From Epiperipatus broadwayi (taxonomy: Eukaryota; Animalia; Onychophora), in assembly GCA_028023455.1 (NCBI GenBank), contig JAQFVV010000008.1, forward strand, positions 682,001-746,000: a stretch of DNA of 64,000 nucleotides, given 5' to 3'. Below the pieces are notes generated by a model that was not told the origin of the DNA, did no database searches, and worked only from the letters and a program-made list of their open reading frames with translations. Made by a program: the position numbers and the translations under genes. This document shows positions 1 through 12,058 of this stretch, piece after piece. How positions within the stretch are numbered: the stretch's first letter is position 1; every line of letters starts with the position of its first letter.

Positions 1-3000
1 CAGTATTTGCAATAGAGATATCAATCGCAAGAAAATTCAGATCAACAGTAAGACTTGTGACAACTGAGCCAGCCTGTGACACTTCTAATGTACAATAGTC
101 TTCCCTCAGTAATCAATCTAAGTACATGTAACATTTAATGATGAAAATTCATTTCAGTCTGATGTGAAACAATTATTTATCTTTTGGATCTTTACCACTT
201 AAGTCCCAAATCATTTTTGCCAGGTTTTTTTTAGTATCATTTTATTTTGGATTCTGAGAAGTTCAGAAGAAAAAAATTAAATACACACAAATATGGATCA
301 TTACACATTTATGATCATTGGAAAAGGTCATAAAATTCATGCAGAAAAATGTTGGTAAAGTAGATATTTTGAATTCTAAGTCTATATTAAAATAAAAATT
401 GTCAGAAACTTCTCATAACTTACATTCTTCAGATGATCTACACTTTAAATGTGAAATAATTTGTTTTATTTCTCTTTACATAGTATATTTACAGCAATCT
501 TTGATCTTCTACAAATCACATGATTTTACTTATTGTTTGTTAAACCTTATCTCATTACATATATAAACAATTATGAAATTAATAAAATAAAGAGTTTAGT
601 GTCCCATGCTTTAATTCTGCTAATAAGTTAAAGGTCAGTCATATCAGCCAGCTGTTATTTATATTGAAAATTTCTCATGCTGTGTAAAAAAAAAAAAAAT
701 GTCATTTCTGCTGACCATATAAAACCAAATTTTCTAACCTTAGATATTTAATATATATATAACAATGTAGAGTGAATTTGAACACAGTATTAAAAATAAT
801 TACTAAAAAAGTGGATAAAGTCAAATGTGACAGTTAAGAGCATAATAGTTAAGGGAAGTTTTATGGTGTTCCTGCTTCACTTTGATGCTGTCAGCATGTA
901 TTTACTTAAATGTTGATTTAGGCAGCTTTAAACATGATGTCACCAAAAAAGCAGCCTGGTGTAAAAAAAAAAAAATACTTTGGTTCCTAAGTTTAAAAAA
1001 CTACACATTTTAGTATACCTTAAAAAAATTCCGCTATTAAAAGTCATATGTCTTTTTTGGAATTAAATCTATTTGAAGTTTTAGAAATTAAACTGGTAAT
1101 TTCTGTTCATTTTTAATAATATTAATTTTAGTAATTAAATTATCAATACACAAACAGTTTAAGAATGCAATTCTAATATTAAACAATTATATGAAAACAT
1201 GCTCTTTATTAACGTTTGTAATTTGCATATTTTGCAGTGATGCTTGCAATGCTATACATCCATGCATGCACATATGCATATCACATTATCAAATCTACAT
1301 TCTAAAATTTTATATTTATTTAATATTTTAAGTTTTACAATATTTTAGAAGATATTTGGCTAAAATTATGTATAAATGCACATACATATCTTTTGTTTAT
1401 TTTTTAACAAATAATATTCATTATTGTAGGCTTTAATTTCATTATTTATAAAATGTATGTACTCAAATATTTAATTTATGCTCACATGTTAATGAATATA
1501 TTTGATATGTATACATTATTTTTTAATGTTTTGAGTTTTTCTGCTGATCCAGAATTAATAATCTACTAATAAAAAAACCAATTTCTTCCATCATCTTATA
1601 TATATATATTTACATTTTGTTTTAAGAACTATTACATTTTAAATAGTATTACATCCTTTTATTTGCTTTCTCACTATACATATATTGTAACCTTTAGCTT
1701 TTCACATAAAACTAAATGTTAAGTTGTATATTAACCTAATATTTAATTTTTTTTCTTCAGTAGTTTAATTTTTATGTTAAATAAACATTGTTGCTGCCTA
1801 ATAATCCAATGTTTGGCGACATAACAAGCCAAATATAAGAATTTTTGTAACTTATATAACTTTAAAAATAATTTTAGTAACTTGTTTAGAATATTTTTAA
1901 ATCCAAAAGTATTTCTTTCTAACTTTAAATGCACAGTTTTAGGGATATTAATAACCTAAAGTGTTAAGTAACTTAATGGTAAAAGAATAAAAATAAAAAC
2001 CATCTTAATTTAGTTATTAGTGTGTCTTAAAATTTCAATATTAGTGTAAAACTTAAAAGTAAAGTTCAAGCCCTTAAGGCTGGGTTATTAGTGTATAAAT
2101 TAATTGTAAAAATGCCTTATTTAATCTTAATTATAGTATCAAAATATTTTAATTAAATAGTTCCAGATTTAATTAGTTAAAGAAGAAGTAATAATAAAAC
2201 TAATAATTTTAAAGAAAGAATGTAATAATGAGTGTGTACATGCTTGCATATTAAAACTAATTTCTTAAAAGAAAAAATACTTCCTTATTAATTTAATGTA
2301 AAGTTATTGTTTAATAACTTTATTTTAAAAAGATAGTTTAAAATATTCTGGGTTCTTCAATCAATTTAAGAAAATGTCTTTAAAGTAAAAGACTATAAAT
2401 ATTATTATTTAAAATTATGTAATTTTCATTGTTTATTATTTTTCATTTTTATTATATTTTTGGTTTTCTAAATAATTTGTTTTAAAAGAAATGTAATAAT
2501 TATTTAGCTGTCTAGACATAACATATAAATCAGTTTATTTTTAGTAATTTTCTTAAGATACTGAGAAATGTATGAACTCTAATCAGGTAGATCGAATGGG
2601 AGTAAATTAAAATGTCAATTTCACTTGTCAAAAAATAGTCACATGATTTACATTATAAATAAAATTGATAAATAAACTCCCTCATTCACTTGCTTGTTTA
2701 TACTTGCTTCCAATCACTCACTTGTTTTAATTTGCTGATTTTAATTAAGTTTTAATTTCTTTTAATCAATATTATTTTCTTAAAAGTTAAAATAATAAGT
2801 TTTTTATCCAGGTTCAACTTTTAAACTGATAACTTCAAGTACTTAAAAGTTATATTACAGAAAAACATTATGAAAAAGTCAATAAAATATTCAAAATCTT
2901 TAAATCATTTTTATTTGAATTTCACATTTCCTTTGGAACTAAGAATAAAGCAGTATTGTCATTCCTGTTACATAAGAACTTTCGTTAATTTTATTATTTC

Positions 3001-3394
3001 TATGATAAGTAGTTGATAATTCAAATTAAATTTAATATTTACCAAAATTATTAACATTGATAATGACTTTGAATTATTTAATTGCTTTAAGAAATATTTA
3101 TTTCAAAAATATTTTTTCTCATAAATCTCTTGTCTTTTCAAAACAAGAGTTTTTTGGGATTTTAATTGAATTAAAATGAAAGTCTTTAAATTCTGAATAG
3201 TAGAAAATGCATAATAATAATATATTTTAGAAATGTCTTACCTGAAGTTACACCATTTCAATAATTAAATATTTAATTTATTAAATTTATATTATTTAGA
3301 TACATATTTAGTTTTATTATTATTTTCAGCTGATATTTATTATTATTCATAGCAATAATATGAAAATAATTTTATTTGCTTAACTAAATTTAAA

Positions 3395-3680
3395 ACAGGC
3401 AAAACTCACTACATATATTGCCACTCACCGCAAGCTAGAATAATCAATGGATGCCAGAAGGCTTGTGCATAAAATCCCCATCGAGTGCCTACTCATCCAA
3501 TATCCCCAGACTAGTTTCTGGCTTATGGCCTTCGTCAGTGAGGAGCCTTGAATCTGAGATCACTGCATCTGGATCTTAGGATCTAATGCAACCCTCCAGC
3601 AACTACCTTTTATCTCCATATAACAACAATTATACACAAGCATAACAGGATGTGGGTCATGTGATGTTTATTGGCTAAAC
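3395..3680 (-). mobile_element. Family A non-coding repeat carrying a minimal type I hammerhead motif (retrozyme/pLTR-like)
   Basis: Same sequence recurs at ~8018-8225, 9082-9524, 35375-35460, 35850-36115 and ~42480-42530. The strand given is the hammerhead strand. Confidence 0.8.
3501..3545 (-). ncRNA. Minimal type I hammerhead ribozyme motif (family A)
   Basis: Minus strand reads CUCCUCA CUGACGA AGGC-CAUAA-GCCA GAAA CUA GUC/UGGGGAUA. Both core boxes are intact, with stem II GGC/GCC, palindromic stem III ACUAGU, a GUC triplet and stem I CCUCA/UGGGG. Confidence 0.75.
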
Positions 3681-5745
3681 TATGTTTGTTATATCTATTT
3701 TAAGTTAAAGCAAGGGAATGCATTTTTCCTCATGCCTTGAAATAATTATCTTTTGCTATTTTATGATTATGTCTTTACAAATATAATATTGCTAAAATGT
3801 TAATGGAAAATTTATGTGGGAATTTATTTATTATTATTTCAAAAAATTATATCCTTTTTATTGACAGCTGGAAATATTATTTTTACATATAGTTAAAGAT
3901 ATGAATACTCCTGAATTACTACTCTTATCCAAGTTTATTATGAACTTATTCTCTGTTTATAAAAAAAAAATTACTTTATCACTATTATTGGAAATATGCT
4001 TTACTATAAAAGGTGATATTTTAAGAAAGAATTGCTTCTCTTGCTTATCATTAATAAAAGTATTTTCAAATAATAGAAACAATTAAAATATTATATTAAA
4101 CTGTGAAATATATATCATCATTTGTGTTTTTATTCATGAAATATTTACATCCACTTGAATGGTCGTATGTTTTTCTGCTAGCATCTTGAAATATTTTATC
4201 CTTAATTTTAGTGAGTGAAGTACTGTTCATGTGACTTAATTATACTGCATACCATAATCTGGATGTCTACAATATCGTCAGAGCTTTATTTTTCAATGAT
4301 TGTATCCTGTTAAATGGTAGAACCAAAGTTGAAGAACTTTTATTTTATTTTGTATTTGGTAAAAGGGTTTAGTTCATAAGGGTAACTACTCATAATTTTA
4401 TTGAAAATGCTATTATTATTATATGCATTTTTGTTGATATGTTATTTATAAATTATAATGTCAAAGTTCTCAGAATATTATTGTTTGAAAATGCTATATT
4501 TTAAACATGTTCTGTGTGCCTTTCTTATGAAATTATTTATTTCGAATTTATATGTAAATGCTGAATGAGATAGAAGCTAATATATATTTTTATTGCTTAT
4601 TTTATGCCATCATTTTATTAAGCTACATTTAGCACCAGTGATTCATTTGCTGGTTTTACACATTGATTAGTTGTTATATTTATTTAAGAAATAGAGTGTT
4701 AGTCTCTCTCTTGTTTTTAAGAATATTCTTATCTTGCCTTGTATTTTAAAGAGATTTAGCTTTGTCTCTCTCTCTCTCTTATGTTATCAGTGTATTTTGA
4801 TAGAAATTGTAGCTTAAGCTTTCTTAGATTTTTATATCTGTTTTAATGAATTATATGGCTCGTTATTGTATGTAAGTATATAATGCTTTATTTAAGATAA
4901 ATTCCATTTATTGTTATTATTCTCTGATGAATCATTCTCATTCATTTATATGACCCAAGATGAAGTCCTAGTTCATTTATTGCCCTCAGATGTAGATGCA
5001 CTTTCCTTTGAATTCATGCTATCATTTTACTTTGCCTTTACCTTATAATGTGCATCTTGTTTGTAGTATATTTTTATATAAAGTTGTGTGTAGTGTATTA
5101 CCATGACTTTATCCTGGCAATTGATGTTTTTCATTGATATTAAGGAATGCCATCCTTACCTCTTGTTGCACTCTTAGTATATCTGAGTGCAGGTTGTTGT
5201 TTAATGTGTAGGTCTTGTATCTGTGCTTTGTCAGCAACTCAAGATGTAAATCTGATACATGTTTAATCTTAAATCTTTAAAATTGTGTATGACTCCAATG
5301 AATAGTATAGATCTTCTTCAGCAGCCATTTTATTACTGGATTGATACGTTTTTGGTTTTTGAAAGGTATTAAATACATTCATAAAGAATACTATAATAGT
5401 GAGTAATATTTATTTTACAAAGTGCAGATGGTATTGAAATTAAACTGAGAGAGTGCAAACCTCTCAAGCGCTTATGACCATCAACAGCCAATCAGATGGC
5501 AAATACTGAGACAGAGAATTTAACAAGAAAAGAGTGGTTCCACTCTCTTCTCTGTCTCAATATTTGCAATCTTATTGGCTGTTGATGGTCATAAGCACTT
5601 GAGAGGTTTTCACTCTCTCAGTTTAATTTCAGTACCGTCTGTGCTTTGTAAAATAAATATTATTTACATATATTGCTGCAAGTTATAACATCGAAAAACT
5701 ACTGCGTAGTAAATCAAAAGATTTCATGCTGTATGTTTGTAATTT

Positions 5746-6608
5746 GGTAAACCTGCAGTTTCCAGGTCATGACAAAATTTTGTAGTTCAAATTTTATTCA
5801 CCATAGCGTTTCTTGTCGAATTATTTAAAAATTTGTTGTGAAATATCAAATACACGAAATTATATTATAAAAAAATAATAAATAACAAATAATTATATTA
5901 TAAAAAATAATTTATTAAAATAATAACAATGTATCCTACTAACATTCATAATTACTGTCCATTGTAGTTTTCGCTTATGATAGCAATAAAATTTGCAGAC
6001 TCTGTCAGTCGTGTAGAGAGTCCTGAAAGCAAATTCCTGCAGATAGGATTTGAATAAGTACTGCTGGTACCACACTAATGTTTAAGCTTGCATTTAGCTC
6101 TCATCCACATATTTTCCACATTTTGTGTGCAGATATCAGGGTCGTGAGGATCTACAAAGTTCTCCTGGTGTATGATGAGAGAGTGCATATATACACCATT
6201 ACGGATTGTGCTTAAGTTGTTGTATGCACCCCATCCGTCTGCACTGCATGTGACAATGTTGACATAGGGTACTATTCTTAAGCAGGCTCTCCTTGCTAAC
6301 CACTTCATTGCTAACTCCAGAGTTCATCCATCAACAGCCATGATGTCCAATTTTCTACGTGAATATCTGCAGCATGTAACACTTCATTTTCTGGCACTAC
6401 AACTACATTACCATTTATAGGATTCATTACCCCAAGACAATGTAACAATTTCACACTGCCAGAAATACTTTATTCCAATCCTACCGAATTTTATCTTTTC
6501 TATAAACGAAAACTACAATGCACAGTAATTCGACAAGAAACACTCTGGTGAGAAAAATTTGAAACAAAATTCGAAGTTTTATTGTGATCTGGAAACTGCA
6601 GGTTTACA
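5746..6608 (-). mobile_element. Merlin (IS1595/ISXO2-like DDE) DNA transposon, internally deleted and defective
   Basis: TIRs GGTAAACCTGCAGTTTCCAG / CTGGAAACTGCAGGTTTACA. 8-bp TSD TGTAATTT (5738-5745, 6609-6616). Minus-strand ORFs contain ADGWGAYNNL...H...NFVDP...TQNVENMW and SYLQEFAFR, typical of ISXO2-like transposases. Confidence 0.87.
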
Positions 6609-6630
6609 TGTAATTTGAACTCAGTGAGTT

Positions 6631-6741
6631 TTTTTTTTTACGTGTCATAGCATTGGCCAGGACATGAACCCGCAACCCGAGCAACTGCCTGCAAGTGCAA
6701 GGCAGTCGCGCTGACCTCTCGACCACCAATGCAAGACAGAT
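6631..6741 (-). mobile_element. tRNA(Gly)-derived SINE with poly(A) tail
   Basis: Minus strand has GCATTGG...CCAATGC acceptor-like stem, A-box-like TGGTCGAGAGG, B-box-like GGTTCATGTCC and an A tail. 11-bp TSD CTCAGTGAGTT (6620-6630, 6742-6752). Confidence 0.78.
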
Positions 6742-8017
6742 CTCAGTGAGTTGAGGGTGAAGATATTTAAGATTCACACTTTCAGATCTAAGTACTTTGG
6801 ACTGGCTTGGATATATAGAAAGACAAGTAAAGAAGAGAGTGGAACTATTCTTTTCTTGTTAAATTCTCTGTCTCAGTATTTGCAATCTGATTGGCTGTTG
6901 ATGGTCATAAGTGCTTGAGAGGTTTGCACTCTCTCAGTTTAATTTCAATACTGTCTGCGCTTTGTAAAATAAATATTATTTACATATATTGCTGCAAGTT
7001 ATAACATCGAAAAACTACTGCGTAGTAAATCGAAAGATTTCACGCTGTATGTTTGTAATTTGAACTCAGTGAGTTGAGGGTGAAGATATTTAAGATTCTC
7101 ACTTTCAGATCTAAGTACTTTGGACTGGCTTGGATATATAGAAAGACAAGTAAAGAAGAGAGTGGAACCACTCTTTTCTTGTTAAATTCTCTGTCTTAGT
7201 ATTTGCAATCTGATTGGCTGTTGATGGTCATAAGCGCTTGAGAGGTTTGCACTCTCTTGGTTTAATTATAATAGTGAGAATTTCTGTATAAGTATAAGAA
7301 CTTGTCCAAATATCAGAATTATAAAAATTTTATTAGCCCTCCATTTTATTTAGTAATTTTTTTTATTATTTAAAGTAAAATTTTAAACTAACATTTTTTG
7401 GATTCCTAAAGTTTTGCTTAATCTATCTAAAAAACACATGTATTGATGCTATTGTAAGACAGCAGCATTATTCCTTATATGTTTTAATGACAAAAATAAA
7501 TGTTATTTTATTATTAATTCATTTTCTTGGTTTTTCATCATCATCCACATACCTTCAGTAATCTGAATATTATAAGGCTTATCATAAGTTGTCTTTAATT
7601 TTATGCATTGAGATTATGTAGATATTAAAGAATTTGACATAATTATTGAAATTGCATTTAAGGTGTTAAGAGAGCATCTAAGAAAGTGATTTTATTTAAT
7701 AGAATAATTATAATTGTTTAATCATGATTCAAGATTACTTTAGCCAATTTTATTTAGAGGTGAAAGATCACTGTTTTTGTTTTTGAAATTACTTTGTTCT
7801 ATTTATAAGATTACTTTATTGATCCATCATGAATTCAAATAATGGAATTCCTTTGTTCATATTTTAGAAAATATTTTAACAGGATTTTGTGTAATATTTG
7901 AGTGGCCATAATTCCTTATCTACTTATTATATCTGAATGCTTTCCTAATAGATTATTTTATTCAAAATTAAGAGTTCATCATGTTTGTTTTAAATTTTAA
8001 AATTATTATTATTCATT

Positions 8018-8225
8018 ACATGATCACCATTTCTTATCCTAAGATCTAGGTGCAGTGCTCTCAGATCCAAGGCTCCTTACTGACGAAAGCCACAAGCTAG
8101 AAATTAGTCTGGTGATATTGAATGAGTATACACACAGATAGGAATTTTATGCACAAGCCTTCTGGCATCCATTGATTACTCTGGCTTGCACTGAGTGGCA
8201 CTACTGTATGGAGAGTTTTGCCTAT
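8018..8225 (+). mobile_element. Family A copy with hammerhead motif (core at 8080-8109)
   Basis: CUGACGA AAGC-CACAA-GCUA GAAA UUA GUC/UGGUGAUA. Stem I is weakened. Confidence 0.72.
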
Positions 8226-9081
8226 TATTATTATTGTAATTAGGGAGACATTATCTTAGGAATAAGGGTCTGTCTCACTGTTTTGTTACTAGGATCTCAT
8301 TTTTTTTGTTAATAATCTTCAGGAATTAAAAGAAAGAAAGATTACAATTATTAAATGTTAATAATATTAACCCTGAGATATCCATTTATTTTTACATACA
8401 AGATTATTGAAGAACTTATTTGACTTAGGAGTAAATAACTTTAAAGAAGAAATTAAGGTGGCAAAGATATAAGAATACCTGCTTCTATTTTATAAAAATA
8501 ATTTGATAGTAAATCTCATGACTACAAGTTGCTTATTATAATCATAAGATGTATTATAATGGAAAAATATGTTGTGAAGAGAACAATTTTTAAATAACCT
8601 AACCTTTGATGAAATATGTTTTCAGGATTAAGAGCCATTATATTTTATAAAAAAGAGTATGAGAAGTCTTCTGCTCTTAATTTACTAATATTGTCTTTAT
8701 CTTAAGAATGTTGACTATTAGTATTTACCCCTGCTCTTAGTACTGTGACATATGCCATTATTCGCAATCCTTCTGAGCTTAGCCTATAATATTATCATGT
8801 CTTAACCAATATATTATTATAATCAGTGTTAGAGCTTTGAGTATATATTATGTTTGGTAGCTCTTTTATTGATGCATCTTTGAGGTTATAAATTTTGGCT
8901 TGCCTGATGTGTTGATGTTCAGTCAGTGAAGGTTTCTAGTTGGTCATTCTTGGTTACACATTGCAGCTATTTATCATTTTCTATTTTATTTTAAGTTATA
9001 ATATATAATGAATTATTATCAAATAATCAATTATATAAATTTTTATATTAATGAGTTAAAACTTCAGTGAGATGTTTCATA

Positions 9082-9524
9082 CACCAATAAACATCACATG
9101 ACCACCTCCTCTTATGCTTGTGTATAACTGTTGTTAAAACAGGCAAAACTCACTATATATATTGCCACACACAGCAAGCTAGAGTAATCAATGGATTCCA
9201 GAAGGCTTGTGCATAAAATCCCCATCTAGTGCCTACTCATCCTGGCTTATGGCCCTCATCAGTGAGGAGCCTTGGATCTGAGAGCACTGCATCTAGATCT
9301 TAGGATCATAGTTTTGTAGTTAAATGGAGATAAAAGGTGTTTGCTGAAGGGTTGCATTAGATCCTAAGATCTAGATGCAGTGCTCTCAGATCCCAAGCTC
9401 CTCACTGATGATGGCCATAAGCCAGAAACTAGTAGTGGGGATATTGGATGAGTAGACACTTTATGCACAAGCCTTTTGGCATCCATTGATTACTAACTAG
9501 CTTGCTGTGTGTGGCAATATATAT
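9082..9524. mobile_element. Family A fold-back composite (two opposed units), with a hammerhead at 9405-9434 (+) and a deleted one at ~9241-9270 (-)
   Basis: Inverted arms at ~9150-9308 and ~9357-9530. Flanking direct repeat AGTGAGATGTTTCATA at 9066-9081 and 9525-9540. Confidence 0.8.
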
Positions 9525-9799
9525 AGTGAGATGTTTCATATAATTATACATTCATTTCAATAAAGTTCAGTGAATTTCATCTTTAATAATTAATGCACTG
9601 TATGATTTAATATAGTAGCAGAGTGTTAGACTTTGGAACATGAAGTCCTTGGAACTTCAGATCAATTCCAATTTTCTGGGACTTCCAATCCTCAAACTTC
9701 TTATGAATCCCTGGACAATAAAGACATATAATTTTTTTTAATAATTAATGTTATATATACAATTTTTAATTATTAAATTCATATAATTTAAATATGTAG

Positions 9800-9913
9800 A
9801 CATTGATGAATGTTCTTACAATACCTGTCCTGAAACTTGTATCAATACTTTTGGGAGTTATGTCTGTGGTTGCCAAGAAGGATATATATTAGGAACAAAT
9901 AATCATTGCCAGG
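9800..9913 (+). CDS. Exon of multi-EGF extracellular/membrane protein: calcium-binding EGF domain ([38 protein letters not shown])
   Basis: AG at 9798-9799, GTAAG donor at 9914. 114 bp, phase 1-1, open frame with the cbEGF consensus D-I-D-E-C...C-x-N-T-x-G-S-Y-x-C-x-C-x-x-G-Y. Confidence 0.92.
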
Positions 9914-10010
9914 GTAAGTATATTGTAAATGTAAATATATAATGAAGATAAAAATTTTATTATTTCATATATATATGTGTGTGTGTGTGTGTGTGCGTGT
10001 GCGTGTGTAC

Positions 10011-10277
10011 ATATGTAAGTAGAGGAATTTGAACTTAGGATTTTTCAAGTCTATATTCATCCTCCATTCCAGCCCAAGCAACCAGTACACATGACCACAT
10101 ACATGAGAAAAAAAATACATGATCCCCAAATATATATATTTTGTGCAGAACCAGCACTCATCAATTGAGACAGATCATATATCTTTTTCACATGTATGTG
10201 TATCAGTTGCTTGAGAGGAAGTGGATGATGAATATAAACTGAAAAATTCTAAGTTCAAAACCCTCTACTTACATATA
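10011..10277. mobile_element. Family D fold-back element with a degenerate hammerhead (minus strand, ~10121-10176)
   Basis: Terminal arms ATATGTAAGTAGAGG / CCTCTACTTACATAT. Minus strand reads UUGAUGA GUGC-UGGUUCU-GCAC AAAA UAUAUAUA UUUGG, with two core substitutions. Confidence 0.6.
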
Positions 10278-10925
10278 TAAGGAACATTCAAGCATATATA
10301 TTGTAACCGGACCCTGTACATCCCCTTTATCACCTCGGTTGTAACAATTTCCTGATGAGCATGTTGCAGGAAGGAACTATCAATTGGCATTACCCAATGC
10401 AGATGTTAACACCCCCTACAATAATATTTCCTGCTCATCAGAGGATGTAGCACCATAGAGGCTAGAAGCATCTAGACATTTCTATGTTTGGTTTTCCAAA
10501 CGGCGCCACTAGAGTTCCATCTCACTACAACCTGACTTACTTAGGTCTAGTTATGCTAGACATAGCTCAGGAGGCATGAAATTCTCGTGAACAAGTGCAC
10601 TGAATGATGAGTGATGCAATAAAAAAATATAGAATTGAACAACTGGATAACTAAGATTAATTTTAAGTAACAATAATTTTATTTAATAACAGGTTTAAAT
10701 AAATGTCCATCAAACAAAGTATTTCATTGACAGTCCATTGTGTTCCTTCGGCCTGCTTCCAATAACATTTTAGATGACTTAAAAAAGGTAATCTGTTGAG
10801 AGTATAGTAAAGTCCTTCTCTCAACAGTTCTTTAACAGTTTATATCTTTAATCATTTAGTTACTTCACAGAGAGGAGTGTGATATATTGAGACAACAGAG
10901 AGAATAATGAAGACAACTAATAGCA

Positions 10926-11512
10926 CTTAATTCAGAGTTCCACTTAATTTTGATTTGTAGTATTTTAGATAGTAGTCACATGTAATGTAGTTTAATTATT
11001 CTTGTATATAGATATCCTTTACAGATATAATAATGAATATCACTAATAGCATTGTATTTAATTCAGAGTTCCACTTAATTTTGATTTGTAGTATTTTAGA
11101 TAGTAGTCACATGTAATGTGGTTTAATTATTCTTGTATGTAGATATCCTTTACAGATATAATAATGAATATCACTAATAGCATTGTATTTAATTCAGAGT
11201 TCCACTTAATTTTGATTTATAGTATTTTAGATAGTAGTCACATGTAATGTGGTTTAATTATTCTTGTATGTAGATATCCTTTACAGATATAGTAATGAAT
11301 ATAACTAATAGCATTGTATTTAATTTAGAGTTCCACTTAATTTTGATTTGTAGTATTTTAGATAGTAGTCACATGTAATGTGGTTTAATTATTCTTGTAT
11401 GTAGATATCCTTTAAAGATATAATAATGAATATAACTAATAGCATTGTCCTTTACAGATATAATAATGAATATAACTAATAGCATTGTATTTAATTCAGA
11501 GTTCCACTTAAT
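10926..11512. repeat. Tandem array with a 131-bp unit (~4.5 copies)
   Basis: AATTCAGAG recurs at 10929, 11060, 11191, 11322 (variant) and 11493. The last spacing includes a 40-bp internal duplication. Confidence 0.93.
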
Positions 11513-12058
11513 TCACCAAATATTTTATTTGCAGTCCATTGTGTATCTTAGTATACATCCAGTAGTAGGGCAATATGAATTAAAGAATGCAAGTTCTTTA
11601 ATAATTTACATTTTTAATTATTTAATTAATTCACAGAGAAGAGTGCAATACATGAAGACAACTAATAGCATTTATAATTTGAAATATGGATGTATATTCA
11701 TACATATAAATTTTATTATTTTATTTACATCTTATTAATCTGCAGTTAAGCATTTATGATTTACATATAATTCTTCTAGCATAAATATTGACTTGGTCTG
11801 CTGCAGACGTATATTTTTATACATAAATTCACCGGCAGTTTCATTTATAATTTATCAATAATAAACGTATTTTCATGTAGCTATATTTATTTATAATTTT
11901 AGTTTATTTATAATAAACGTATTTTCATATAGCTACTTTTATTTATAATTTTAGTTTCTTTTCTAAGAAAGACGTTTTGTTTGTCTTTTATAAACACATA
12001 TAAATATTACATATTTTATAAAATTGTTATCTTTGTTCTTTTTTTTATTGTTTATATT

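Larger units (their letters stand above)
5404..7266. repeat. Family F composite: inverted arm (5404-~5545) followed by ~323 bp tandem units, interrupted by Merlin and SINE insertions
   Basis: CTCAGTGAGTTGAGGG recurs at 6742 and 7065 (period 323). 5404-5545 is the reverse complement of the unit. TATAATAGTGAG direct repeat at 5392-5403 and 7267-7278. Confidence 0.8.

Noticed and set aside
395-440. Minus-strand CTGAAGA...GAGAAG, possibly a decayed PLE terminus (similar isolated CTGAAGA at ~5313)
   Set aside because: No intact stem II or GAAA box. Such words are expected by chance in 64 kb.
10325-10450. Two opposed CTGATGAGC motifs and a nearby TGGCGCC PBS-like word (~10500)
   Set aside because: Stem II and GAAA geometry do not fit a hammerhead. 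An LTR remnant is possible, but no boundaries or TSD could be defined.
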